A stretch of 64,000 bases of DNA, from contig NZ_JAUNKD010000014.1 in NCBI RefSeq assembly GCF_030532915.1, positions 1,539-65,538 of the forward strand, written 5' to 3'. The notes beneath the pieces were generated by a model. That model worked only from the letters and a program-made list of their open reading frames with translations, did not search any database and was not told the origin of the DNA. Source of the stretch: Capnocytophaga sp. (GTDB lineage Bacteria > Bacteroidota > Bacteroidia > Flavobacteriales > Flavobacteriaceae). Positions within the stretch are counted from its first letter, which is position 1, and every line of letters starts with the position of its first letter. A program made the translations under genes and the position numbers. Positions 1 through 9,582 of this stretch are shown here, one piece after another.

Positions 1-626
1 GAATGGATTGCAACACAGGGGTTTCCACTTCCATATAACCGCGGTCGTTAAAAAACTGACGCATTGCATTGAAAAGTTTGGTTCGCTTGATAAAAACCTC
101 TTTCACCTGCGGATTTACCACCAAATCTACGTAACGCATACGGTAGCGAAGCTCGGGGTCGGTAAAGGCATCGAACACATTTCCGTCGGCATCGGTTTTA
201 GGAAGCGGCAACGGACGAAGCACCTTGCTGAGGAGTTTTATCTGCTTCACACGAACGGATTTTTCGCCAACCTGCGTGGTAAAAAGTTCGCCTTCCACAC
301 CGATAAAATCGCCTAAATCAAGGAGTTTCTTGAATACTTCGTTGTAAAGGGTTTTGTCGTCATCGGGGCAGATTTCGTCTCGGTTGATGTACAATTGCAC
401 ACGCCCCTCGCTGTCTTGCAAGGACGCAAACGAGGCTTTCCCCTGAATGCGAACCGACATCAATCGCCCTGCCAAAATCACGTTTTTGCCTTCCTCAAAG
501 TGCGTTTCCACCTCTTTGGAAGTGGTGTTCACGGGATACAAATCCGCTGGATACGGATTGATGCCCATTGCTCTTAATTTATCTAATTTTTCGCGTCTGA
601 TGATTTCTTGTTCTGAAAGTTGCATA
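1..626 (-). CDS. lysS: lysine--tRNA ligase (class II), N-terminal ~208 aa; gene continues beyond window start
   Basis: Reverse-complement of 1-626 translates from ATG (626-624) as MQLSEQEIIRREKLDKLRAMGINPYP..., the canonical LysRS N-terminus/anticodon-binding region; not in ORF track because it runs off the edge. Confidence 0.85.
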
Positions 627-720
627 TTTTTTATGTATAATTTATGTATAAATTGTCTGTGTTTTTTTTGAAGTGAAAATGGTCGGCAAAAATACGAAAT
701 ATTTGTTAATTCTCTAAATA

Positions 721-2517
721 TTAATTTGATGTCTTTTGAAAGAATTCAAAAACCTTTTTGCCGCGATGCCCCGCAATGTTTTCCAAGGCTTCGAGACTTG
801 CTTGTTTAATGCGTTTCACCGATTTAAAATGCTTTAAAAGAAGCTCTTTGGTTTTGTCACCTATGCCCTCAATGTTGTCCAACTCCGAAACGATGGCAGC
901 TTTGCTGCGCTTCTGGCGGTGGAACGTAATTCCGAAGCGGTGCGCCTCATTACGAAGTTGCTGAATGATTTTCAAGGTTTCGGATTTCTTGTCCAAATAA
1001 AGGGGAATGCTGTCCTGCGGAAAGTAAATCTCTTCCAAGCGTTTGGCAATACCGATAATGGCAATTTTTCCGCGTAGGTTTAAATCGTCTAAGGCTTTTA
1101 AAGCTGCGGAAAGCTGCCCCTTTCCGCCGTCAATAACAATAAGCTGCGGGAGCGGTTGCCCTTCTTCTTGCAAACGATGATATCTTCTGTAAACTACCTC
1201 TTCCATTGAAGCAAAATCATTAGGTCCTTCAACGGTTTTAATGTTAAAATGCCGGTAATCCTTTTTGCTAGGTTTGGCATTCTTGAACACCACGCAGGCA
1301 GCCACCGGATTGGTTCCTTGAATGTTTGAATTGTCAAAGCATTCAATGTGAATCGGTGGGGCGGCGAGGTGCAAATCACGTTGCATCTGTGCCAAAATGC
1401 GGTTGGTGTGGCGCTCGGGGTCGGTAATCTTAACTTCTTTAAAGCGCTCCTGACGGAAGAGCTTGGCATTGCGAACCGAAAGCTCCAACAACTGAAACTT
1501 TTCTCCGGCTTTTGGGACGGTCAGCCGTAATTGCTCGGGTAAGGTTACCTCAAAAGGCGCAATGATTTCGCCCGAGTTGGAAAAGAAACGGGAACGAATG
1601 TCCACGATTGCGAGTTCCAAGAGTTCGCGGTCGCTCTCCTCTAATTTCTTTTTGATTTCAATGGTATGCGCGCGGACAACCGCTCCGTAAGCCACTTGCA
1701 GAAAGTTTACGTAACCGTACTCCTCGTCCGAAACGATGGAAAACACATCTACGTTATTGATTTTTGAACTTACAATGGTGGATTTAGCCTGATAGTTTTC
1801 AAGAATCTGAACCTTTTCTTTGATAAGCTGTGCCTCTTCAAAGCGAAGTTCGCCCGACAGAAAGTGCATCTCGTCCCGAAACCGTTTCAGCACGTCTTTA
1901 AAGTTGCCTTTCAAAATTTGAACAATCTCGGTAATGTTTTGCTCATAGTCCGCTTCGGTTTGAAGCCCCTCACAAGCGCCCAAACAATTTTTAATGTGAT
2001 ACTCCAAGCAAACCTTGTACTTTTGGTTTTCGATATTCTTTTGCGAAAGGTCGTACGAGCAGTTTCGAAGCGGGTACAGCTCTTTTATCAGTTCGAGAAG
2101 CGTGCGCACGGTTTTGATGCTCGTGTACGGACCAAAGTAAAGCGAGCCGTCTTTCACGACACGACGTGTTTGAAAGATGCGCGGAAATCTTTCCTTCTTG
2201 ACACATATCCACGGATAACTCTTATCATCTTTTAAGAGGATGTTGTACCGCGGTTGGTATTTCTTTATCAAGTTGTTCTCTAAGAGCAGAGCGTCGCTTT
2301 CAGTGTCTACTACGATATGCGTTATGCGCACTATTTTTTTGACCAAAACACGTGTTTTTCCCGATTCGTGTTGCTTTTGGAAATAGGAGGAAACCCGTTT
2401 TTTAAGGTTGCGCGCTTTGCCCACGTATAAAATCACATCGTTTTTATCGTAGAATTGATAAACGCCCGGTGCTTCGGGTAAGATTTGCAGGGTGATGTCT
2501 ATGCCTGTCGTTTCCAT
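721..2517 (-). CDS. uvrC: excinuclease ABC subunit C
   Basis: 598 aa; N-terminal GIY-YIG motif (YQFYDKNDVILYVGKARNLKKRVSSYF), UvrBC-interaction and C-terminal HhH region typical of UvrC. Confidence 0.9.
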   Translation of the reverse strand: METTGIDITLQILPEAPGVYQFYDKNDVILYVGKARNLKKRVSSYFQKQHESGKTRVLVKKIVRITHIVVDTESDALLLENNLIKKYQPRYNILLKDDKSYPWICVKKERFPRIFQTRRVVKDGSLYFGPYTSIKTVRTLLELIKELYPLRNCSYDLSQKNIENQKYKVCLEYHIKNCLGACEGLQTEADYEQNITEIVQILKGNFKDVLKRFRDEMHFLSGELRFEEAQLIKEKVQILENYQAKSTIVSSKINNVDVFSIVSDEEYGYVNFLQVAYGAVVRAHTIEIKKKLEESDRELLELAIVDIRSRFFSNSGEIIAPFEVTLPEQLRLTVPKAGEKFQLLELSVRNAKLFRQERFKEVKITDPERHTNRILAQMQRDLHLAAPPIHIECFDNSNIQGTNPVAACVVFKNAKPSKKDYRHFNIKTVEGPNDFASMEEVVYRRYHRLQEEGQPLPQLIVIDGGKGQLSAALKALDDLNLRGKIAIIGIAKRLEEIYFPQDSIPLYLDKKSETLKIIQQLRNEAHRFGITFHRQKRSKAAIVSELDNIEGIGDKTKELLLKHFKSVKRIKQASLEALENIAGHRGKKVFEFFQKTSN

Positions 2518-3564
2518 TTAGTTTTTTAAAGCGTTCCAACCCTTGGCAATGATTTCGACCGCCTCGCCCGAACGTGTGATAAGCTGTTTTCCTTCTTGGG
2601 AATCCGTGATATAGCCGATGACCGAAAGGTTCGGGTTTCCTTTTATCTTGTCATAATCCTTTTGCGAAATGGTGAAGAGCAATTCATAGTCTTCCCCGCC
2701 GTTGAGGGCTATGGTGGTGCTGTCGAGGTTAAACTCCTCACAGGTGCGAATCACTTCCGGGTCAAGGGGAATCTTATCTTCATAAAGGCGACACCCAACA
2801 CCCGATTGGTGACAGATGTGCAAAATCTCGGACGACAAGCCGTCGCTTATGTCAAGCATTGCCGTGGGTTTGACATTCAATTCTTGAAGCAGGGGTGGAA
2901 TATCTTTACGTGCTTCGGGTTTGAGTTGCCTTTCGATGATGTAGGCATACATATCCAAATCGGGTTGCGAATGCGGGTTCACCTGAAAAACAGCTTTCTC
3001 GCGCTCCAAAACCTGTAAGCCCAGAAAAGCGCCTCCCAAGTCGCCCGTAACTACGATTAAGTCATTCACTTGCGCCTTGTTGCGGTACACGATTTCCGTT
3101 TCGGAAGCCTCGCCAATGGCTGTGATTGACAGGATAAGCCCGCGGGCAGACGAGGTGGTGTCACCGCCCACCAAATCCACCTTATAGAACTCACAAGCAA
3201 GGCGAATGCCTTCATAGAGTTCCTCCAAGGCTTCCAACGGAAAGCGATTGGAAACCGCCACCGAAACCGTGATTTGCGTGGCTTTGGCATTCATCGCATA
3301 AATATCCGAAAGGTTTACCATTACAGCCTTGTAGCCCAAGTGTTTCAAAGGCACGTAGCTCAAATCAAAATGCACGCCTTCAATGAGCAAATCAGTGGAA
3401 ATGACGGCTTTTTTGTCGGCAAAGTCAATCACCGCCGCGTCATCGCCAACGCCTTTTAGGGTGCTTTTGTTTTTTATCTCAAATTGCTTTGTTAAGCGTT
3501 CAATCAGCCCGAACTCACCCAAGTCAGCCAAGGCGGTTCGTTGTTGGTTTTTATCTTCTATCAT
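2518..3564 (-). CDS. thiL: thiamine-monophosphate kinase
   Basis: 348 aa AIR-synthase-related fold; N-terminus GEFGLIERL...GDDAAVI typical of ThiL. Confidence 0.8.
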   Translation of the reverse strand: MIEDKNQQRTALADLGEFGLIERLTKQFEIKNKSTLKGVGDDAAVIDFADKKAVISTDLLIEGVHFDLSYVPLKHLGYKAVMVNLSDIYAMNAKATQITVSVAVSNRFPLEALEELYEGIRLACEFYKVDLVGGDTTSSARGLILSITAIGEASETEIVYRNKAQVNDLIVVTGDLGGAFLGLQVLEREKAVFQVNPHSQPDLDMYAYIIERQLKPEARKDIPPLLQELNVKPTAMLDISDGLSSEILHICHQSGVGCRLYEDKIPLDPEVIRTCEEFNLDSTTIALNGGEDYELLFTISQKDYDKIKGNPNLSVIGYITDSQEGKQLITRSGEAVEIIAKGWNALKN

Positions 3565-3591
3565 ATATAGGTAAACTATTTTATGGGGTTG

Positions 3592-5541
3592 CTATAAAAA
3601 TTCTACTTTCAGGTCGGTTACCTTTCCGTTGAAGTACTCCAAACGTTTTAACGGAAACACCAAGGTTTGCACCCACTTGCGGCGTTTCTTTTCTTCCAAA
3701 TGCGTGTCTTCGGGGTGGTAGATTTCCTTTAAGGTTTCAATGAGTTGGTCATTGACGTAAAGCGCCGTGGTTTTGTTCGTTCCTTTTATGGTTATTTTCA
3801 CCTTTTGTCGCGTTGGGACGAAGTAATTAAAACGATAGTTGTATCCGTCTCGTGAAAAGCCCAGCTTTCCTTCCTTAGGGTCAGCCAGATAAAAAGTTGC
3901 GTAATCAGAGGTGAAGAGCGGGGTGTCTTTGCCGTTTGATTTGGCATTGACGAAAAACGTTACACGATAGTCATACCCGATGTCGGTAAGCTCTTGATTT
4001 AAGTCGGCACCATTGACCGGTTTTTTGATTTCAAAGACTACGCCTTTTTTGGCTTTGGCGGGCTTTCCGAGCAGGTTTACCGAAGGAGCTTCACTGAGCG
4101 CTTTTCGTTGGGCATCAAACATTTCAAAAGGGATTGTTGTGTTTTTTCCGCTCCACATCTTTACTGAAAGGGTTTGCATCGCGGGGAAAAGGCGGTGATA
4201 CACGTCTTGCTGGCTGATGCCGTTGCCCACGTGGTCGTTCCATACGGCAAACATTCCGCCTTTTATTTTCGGGTGTTTGTCATCAAAGACAACATCACCG
4301 ACAACATTAGGCGTCCATTGGTTGTACAATTTTTTGAGATTGAGATAATCAAAATAATAACCGGCAGCCGGAACAATGTACAACCAACCATCGGGAATGC
4401 TTACAATATCGTAGCCCAAAGCCAACATATCCTTGGGTTGAGCGTAGCCGTTGTACCAACAGAACATAAGCACATCGTCTACCTTTACGGGCGTTTTGCC
4501 TTGTGCGTGGGTGAGTGCGCCCCACAAAGCGGCTTTCTTCCCGAAACTTTCGATATACTTAATATAATAATCGGTGAAGTAGCGGAACTTCTCGACAACC
4601 TCCACATCTTTATTGCTGTACTCGTCCGTACCGATATGCACCAACTCATTCACAAAAACAGGCTTGTCGCCGGATAAGTATTCCTTGAATAAGGCATCTA
4701 AAAACTGATATGTTTTGGGGTTGAACAAATCCACGTGGTCGGCGCCATATTCCTTACTTCCGATTTCAGGCAAATAGTGTGAGAATGCCAACGTATGAGC
4801 CGGAGCATCGATTTCTGGAATGATGGTAACCCCGACTTTGAGTGCGTCGAGCTGTAATTGACGAAAGTCTTCCTTGCCGTAATGTCCGTCTTTGGCAGCC
4901 AAACCCGGGTAAGTGTCGCTTTGCAAACGGAAAGCCGAGTAGGTCTTTTGCCAATCCTCGCCGTAGAATTGTTTAAACCCGTTGTCATTCAAGTGAATCT
5001 GGAATGTGTTCATTTTATAGTAAGCCATTAGCTTGACAACCGATTTTAAATAATCGAGTGTGAAGAATTTGCGTCCGGCATCAAGCATAAAGCCTCGGAA
5101 ATGATAATCCGGATAATCGATAATCTCACCCGAAGGCAAGTGATTGGATTGTTCGGCGAGTTGTAGCAGTGTTCGCGTTGCCCAATACAAGCCCGTGCGG
5201 TGGTTAGCACGCACTTTAATGGTGTTGTCGATAATGATTTGATAAGCTTCCTCGCCTTTGTCTTTCAATAGGTTTTTATCAATTTCGAAAAGAATGTCGG
5301 CTGTTTGGGCAGGCTTGATTTCCATTTCTTTTTGAAACATTTCTTTAAAGTCATCAGCAAACAGGCGTGCGACTTCATCGGCGCTGTTATCGGCGGCAAT
5401 GCTTTTCTTTTCGAAGATGTTGAAAGAACCCTTACCTGCCTTCCATTCCCGAAGTTCAGGAATGACAAAAGGTTTGGCGTTCTGTGCGCTCACACAAACA
5501 ACCAAGCCCAACAAAAAGTACAATAAGACGCTTTTTTTCAT
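3592..5541 (-). CDS. secreted beta-N-acetylhexosaminidase, glycoside hydrolase family 20
   Basis: 649 aa with signal peptide; GH20-like catalytic region (…LVHIGTDEY… resembling the H-x-G-G-D-E motif) and N-terminal GH20b-like domain. Confidence 0.6.
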   Translation of the reverse strand: MKKSVLLYFLLGLVVCVSAQNAKPFVIPELREWKAGKGSFNIFEKKSIAADNSADEVARLFADDFKEMFQKEMEIKPAQTADILFEIDKNLLKDKGEEAYQIIIDNTIKVRANHRTGLYWATRTLLQLAEQSNHLPSGEIIDYPDYHFRGFMLDAGRKFFTLDYLKSVVKLMAYYKMNTFQIHLNDNGFKQFYGEDWQKTYSAFRLQSDTYPGLAAKDGHYGKEDFRQLQLDALKVGVTIIPEIDAPAHTLAFSHYLPEIGSKEYGADHVDLFNPKTYQFLDALFKEYLSGDKPVFVNELVHIGTDEYSNKDVEVVEKFRYFTDYYIKYIESFGKKAALWGALTHAQGKTPVKVDDVLMFCWYNGYAQPKDMLALGYDIVSIPDGWLYIVPAAGYYFDYLNLKKLYNQWTPNVVGDVVFDDKHPKIKGGMFAVWNDHVGNGISQQDVYHRLFPAMQTLSVKMWSGKNTTIPFEMFDAQRKALSEAPSVNLLGKPAKAKKGVVFEIKKPVNGADLNQELTDIGYDYRVTFFVNAKSNGKDTPLFTSDYATFYLADPKEGKLGFSRDGYNYRFNYFVPTRQKVKITIKGTNKTTALYVNDQLIETLKEIYHPEDTHLEEKKRRKWVQTLVFPLKRLEYFNGKVTDLKVEFL

Positions 5542-5829
5542 CGGTTTATTATTTTAAAAATTTGTTTTATCGAAACATAAGGCAATACAAACCATACCTT
5601 AAATATACTTATTTAACGGTTAGTTTATGAAAATAACATATTCCATAAGTTTGTCTAAAAAGAAGACAGGATGCTCGTTGCCTACGGATTTATTGCGGCA
5701 AAGATAATACACTTTGCCCAAACGGGCGGCATTCTTGTCTGTTTTCAAACAATCTTATGAAATATGTTTTGCTATTTTTTCAGGATAAGCAAACACCTTG
5801 CCAAGGGGTTGGGCAAGCCCGCCCGCTTG

Positions 5830-6138
5830 TTAGCGTTTGTCATCTATCCCGAATTTGCGCCATAACGCTTGCTCGTAATCGAGTTTTATGCGTTTGCGCA
5901 TCTTGGCGGAACGTTCGTCCATCATTTTTAGCTTCTGGGCAGCCTCTTCGGTTTTCATTTTTAGTTCCGCTTTTAGGCGCTCTTGCTCACTATTGAGACG
6001 TTCCACATCGTTTCGAAGATTTTCTATCTCATCGATAGCTTCTTCTGTAATACCTGCGGGCAGTGAATCTTTGGATTCCCTCAGCCCATCGATTAGCACT
6101 TTTGCAAGTGCCATTCTTTCCGCATATGACTTCGGCAT
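5830..6138 (-). CDS. hypothetical small coiled-coil protein (102 aa)
   Basis: ORF with charged coiled-coil-like sequence; no recognisable domain; downstream (in its promoter region) lies the GCCCGAA 21-bp repeat array. Confidence 0.4.
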   Translation of the reverse strand: MPKSYAERMALAKVLIDGLRESKDSLPAGITEEAIDEIENLRNDVERLNSEQERLKAELKMKTEEAAQKLKMMDERSAKMRKRIKLDYEQALWRKFGIDDKR

Positions 6139-6379
6139 ACTTAAAAGAATTTTAGTTGTACAAAAATATGGTTAAAAAATAAATTATTTTAATATAAACA
6201 ACCTTTTGGGTGTGTTTTTTCATTGTTTAGGGGAGCTAAACCAATGTTTAGGCATTGTTTTTTATACTTTCAGATAGTTTTATGAGATTTTTTTGCTTCT
6301 TTTTTAGCTTTTGGCCACCAAAAAAATGATTTAAATATGATGAAAAAATATTTTTACATATGTTCTGAATTAAAAATCA

Positions 6380-6505
6380 TCTTTCCCGAGTCTTAGTTCA
6401 GCTTCCCGAAGCTAAAATCCACTTGCCCGAAATGTAAAGGCATCTGCCCGAAACACAAAGGTACTTGCCCGAAATGTTAGGGAATGTCTCCCGAGTAATA
6501 GTTTA
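6380..6505. repeat. six tandem degenerate ~21-bp direct repeats, consensus aCTTGCCCGAAatgtaAAGG
   Basis: CCCGA cores at 6385, 6405, 6426, 6447, 6468, 6490 (spacing 20-22 bp, two helical turns) in a 560-bp non-coding gap. Confidence 0.8.
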
Positions 6506-6585
6506 GCTCTTTTAAGCAATGGATTAGTTGGTTTTTGAAATGGTTTAGTTTTCTTAATCAGTAGGCAAATTGCTTTGTTTTATAG

Positions 6586-6627
6586 TCTTCCTAAAACCTT
6601 TGGCAAAGTATCAAACTTTGCCAAAGG
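6586..6627 (-). terminator. rho-independent terminator downstream of fhs
   Basis: Perfect 12-bp inverted repeat CCTTTGGCAAAG-tatcaaa-CTTTGCCAAAGG (6597-6627) followed on the minus strand by a T-run. Confidence 0.6.
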
Positions 6628-6698
6628 TTAGTCTTTCCTAATTACTAATCACGATTTACTAACCACTAATCGCTATTTGCTAATTACGGATTGCTCTT

Positions 6699-8375
6699 CT
6701 ATGAAAGTCCGGTAATCACGCCGTTATCGTCGATGTCCATTCCTTCGGCTGCGGGAACACTTGGTAAGCCCGGCATACGCATTGTATCACCTAAGATAGG
6801 AATGACAAAGCCTGCGCCCGAAGCAAATTCAAACTCGCGTACGGTTACTTCAAAGTCGGTAGGTCGTGCCAGCTTTTTGTCGTCATCACTTAATGATTTG
6901 GGTGTTTTTACCATACAAACGGGCATCTTGTCAAAGCCGAGTTTGTTGATGTTTTTCAGCTGGGTACGTGCTTTTGAAGTGAAGTTCACGCTGTTTGCTC
7001 CATAGATTTCCTTAGCGATGGTTTCGATTTTATCTTCGATGGAAATGGCGTGGTCATACAACGGTTTGAAATGGCTTTCTCCACTCTCGGCAATTTCAAC
7101 CACGGCTTTGGCAAGCTCTTTTGTTCCTTCGCCTCCTTGGGCAAATCCTTTGGAAACGATTGCCTTAACACCTTTTTGCTGACATACTTCCTGAATGAAC
7201 TTGATTTCTTCTTCGCTATCGTTAGGGAAATTATTGATTGCCACGACTGCCTTCAAACCGAACTTCTGCACGTTTTCGATGTGTTTCTCTAAATTCCCGA
7301 TGCCCTTTTTCACCTTTTCGAGGCTTGGTGTGTTGTATTGGTCTTTCACAGCTCCTCCGTGGTGACGCAAAGCACGAACCGTGGCGACAATTACCGCAGC
7401 GTTGGGAGCAATTCCTGCCGAAACGCACTTGATGTTTAGGAACTTCTCTGCCCCTAAATCGGCTCCAAAACCGGCTTCCGTAACGGTGTATTCGCTGAGC
7501 GACATTCCGATTTTCGTTGCCAGAACGGTGTTCGTCCCTTGTGCGATGCTGGCAAACGGTCCGCCGTGCAAAATGGCAGGATTATTCTCCAAAGTTTGTA
7601 CTAAATTGGGTTTGATGGCATCTTTTAAGAGCAAAGCCATCGCTCCCACAACGTTTAAATCGCGAGCGAAAACAGGGGAACCATCGAATTTCTTTCCGAC
7701 GTAAATGTTTCCGATTCGGCGTTTCAAGTCCGAAAAACTTTCTGACAAACAAAGGATTGCCATAATCTCGGAAGCGGGCGTGATGTTAAATCCGTCCTCG
7801 CGGGGCATTCCGTTTGCACTTCCGCCTAGCCCGATAACGATTTGGCGAAGGGCTCTGTCGTTCATATCCATCACACGTTTCCATACGACGGTGCGGGGGT
7901 CAATCCCGATGGAATGCGTTTTGCTTTGGATATTATTGTCGATAACGGCGGCAAGCAGGTTATTGGCTTTTTCGATAGCGGAAAAGTCTCCGGTGAAGTG
8001 CAGGTTAATGTCCTCCATTGGAACTACTTGCGAGTAGCCCCCGCCTGCGGCTCCGCCTTTTATCCCGAAAACAGGACCAAGACTGGGTTCACGCAAAACG
8101 GCTACGGCTTGCTTCCCGATTTTGTTAAGCCCTTCGGTAAGCCCGATACTTACGGTTGTTTTGCCTTCGCCGGCAGGTGTGGGCGTGATGGCGGTTACTA
8201 AAACCAGCTTGTTTTTCTTGATTTTCGCCTCGTCGATGAGTGAGAGGGGCAATTTGGCTTTGTATTTGCCGTATTGCTCCAAATCGTCTTCATTGATATT
8301 TAATTTTTTGGCAACGTCTTTAATGGGTTGCATCTTCGCATTTTGTGCGATTTCTAAATCGGTTGGAAAACTCAT
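6699..8375 (-). CDS. fhs: formate--tetrahydrofolate ligase
   Basis: 558 aa; MSFPTDLEIAQ..., P-loop TPTPAGEGKTT, full-length FTHFS similarity pattern. Confidence 0.92.
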   Translation of the reverse strand: MSFPTDLEIAQNAKMQPIKDVAKKLNINEDDLEQYGKYKAKLPLSLIDEAKIKKNKLVLVTAITPTPAGEGKTTVSIGLTEGLNKIGKQAVAVLREPSLGPVFGIKGGAAGGGYSQVVPMEDINLHFTGDFSAIEKANNLLAAVIDNNIQSKTHSIGIDPRTVVWKRVMDMNDRALRQIVIGLGGSANGMPREDGFNITPASEIMAILCLSESFSDLKRRIGNIYVGKKFDGSPVFARDLNVVGAMALLLKDAIKPNLVQTLENNPAILHGGPFASIAQGTNTVLATKIGMSLSEYTVTEAGFGADLGAEKFLNIKCVSAGIAPNAAVIVATVRALRHHGGAVKDQYNTPSLEKVKKGIGNLEKHIENVQKFGLKAVVAINNFPNDSEEEIKFIQEVCQQKGVKAIVSKGFAQGGEGTKELAKAVVEIAESGESHFKPLYDHAISIEDKIETIAKEIYGANSVNFTSKARTQLKNINKLGFDKMPVCMVKTPKSLSDDDKKLARPTDFEVTVREFEFASGAGFVIPILGDTMRMPGLPSVPAAEGMDIDDNGVITGLS

Positions 8376-8474
8376 ATGTTTTATTTTTTAAATCGTTATT
8401 ACTAATTTTTAAATGATTAATTCAGACCCAAAGGTATGAATATTTTTGAAACGGGACAATTAAAAATCAAAAAA

Positions 8475-9452
8475 TTATTTAATTTTTAAGCTTTCGAGCG
8501 ACTGTAATTGTGATAAAGCAAGATTATATTCTTCAATAAGCTCTTTGACAACTTGCCAAACGGGTTGTACTTTATTAATAACGGCGGCAATTTGCCCGAT
8601 TTCAAGCTCGCCTTGGGTGAGGTCGCCCTCGAACATTCCTTTTTTGGTGCGCCCCTTGCCTAAAAGTTGTTTGAGATTTTCTGCGGAAGCCTCGCCCTTT
8701 TCGTAGAGCAACTTTACTTGTTCATAAAACGGATTTTTCAACAATCGGACGGGAGCCAATTCTTTTAAGGTGAGAATGGTATCGCCTTCGCCGGCTTCAA
8801 CCACGCGTTGTTTGAAGTTGTCGTGACAAGTGGCTTCGTCAGTAGCAACGAAACGCGACCCGATTTGCACACCGTCAGCCCCGAGTGCCATTGCGGCAAG
8901 CATTCCGCGACCTGTGGCGATACCGCCTGCGGCAATAATCGGTAAATCAATATGTTGTTTCACGGAAGGAATGAGCGTGAGGGTAGTGGTTTCTTCGCGT
9001 CCGTTGTGTCCGCCGGCTTCAAACCCTTCTGCCACGATGGCGTCAACACCCGCTTTTTGTGCTTTGATGGCGAATTTGGAACTGCTTACCACGTGGGCAA
9101 CTTTAATGCCTTCGTTTTGAAGTACGGAAGTCCAAATTTCAGGATTTCCTGCCGAAGTGAACACAATTTTAACTTTTTCTTCGATGATAATTTCGATGGC
9201 TTTATCCATATCGGGATACATAATCGGGATATTTACACCGAAAGGTTTGTCGGTGGCTTTTCGGCATTTTTGGATATGCTCGCGAAGCACTTCAGGATAC
9301 ATTGACCCCGCTCCGAGTAATCCCAATCCGCCTGCATTACTCACTGCCGAGACCAGCCGCCAGCCGCTTGTCCATACCATTCCGCCTTGAATAATCGGAT
9401 ATTTAATGCCAAACAATTGAGTGATTTTGTTTTCCGTATTTTTCATATTCAT
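8475..9452 (-). CDS. NAD(P)H-dependent flavin oxidoreductase / nitronate monooxygenase family (FabK-like)
   Basis: IQGGMVWTSGWRLVSAVSNAGGLGLLGAG FMN-binding motif; ORF-track ORF carries a ~70-aa upstream extension, true start most likely ATG at 9452 (MNMKNTENK...). Confidence 0.75.
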   Translation of the reverse strand: MNMKNTENKITQLFGIKYPIIQGGMVWTSGWRLVSAVSNAGGLGLLGAGSMYPEVLREHIQKCRKATDKPFGVNIPIMYPDMDKAIEIIIEEKVKIVFTSAGNPEIWTSVLQNEGIKVAHVVSSSKFAIKAQKAGVDAIVAEGFEAGGHNGREETTTLTLIPSVKQHIDLPIIAAGGIATGRGMLAAMALGADGVQIGSRFVATDEATCHDNFKQRVVEAGEGDTILTLKELAPVRLLKNPFYEQVKLLYEKGEASAENLKQLLGKGRTKKGMFEGDLTQGELEIGQIAAVINKVQPVWQVVKELIEEYNLALSQLQSLESLKIK

Positions 9453-9582
9453 TTTACTTTTATTGTGGAAACTTAAAACCTTGCGAAGGTATAAAAACTT
9501 TTTCCAAACTGAAAATAAAATACATCTTTTTATTTTTATTAAATCTAAATAGCTATATTTGCCCCGTAATTTTAATTTTGAG

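Noticed and set aside
8-316. 102-aa plus-strand ORF at the window start (and 395-577, 447-671)
   Set aside because: Antisense shadow ORFs inside the minus-strand lysS coding region, which translates cleanly as LysRS.
4174-4677. 167-aa plus-strand ORF inside the GH20 gene; similar internal or antisense ORFs at 1864-2235, 2596-3018, 7842-8201, 8952-9305, 63163-63522 and others
   Set aside because: All lie entirely within, and antisense to or out of frame with, well-supported long CDSs. They have no domain signatures. Typical spurious ORFs of AT-rich DNA.
6597-6690. Repeated ACTAAT/ACTAAC pentamers (6640-6690) just before the fhs stop, considered as another repeat array
   Set aside because: Only 4-5 short irregular copies in AT-rich DNA. 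Cannot distinguish from chance; the adjacent perfect palindrome is adequately explained as the fhs terminator.
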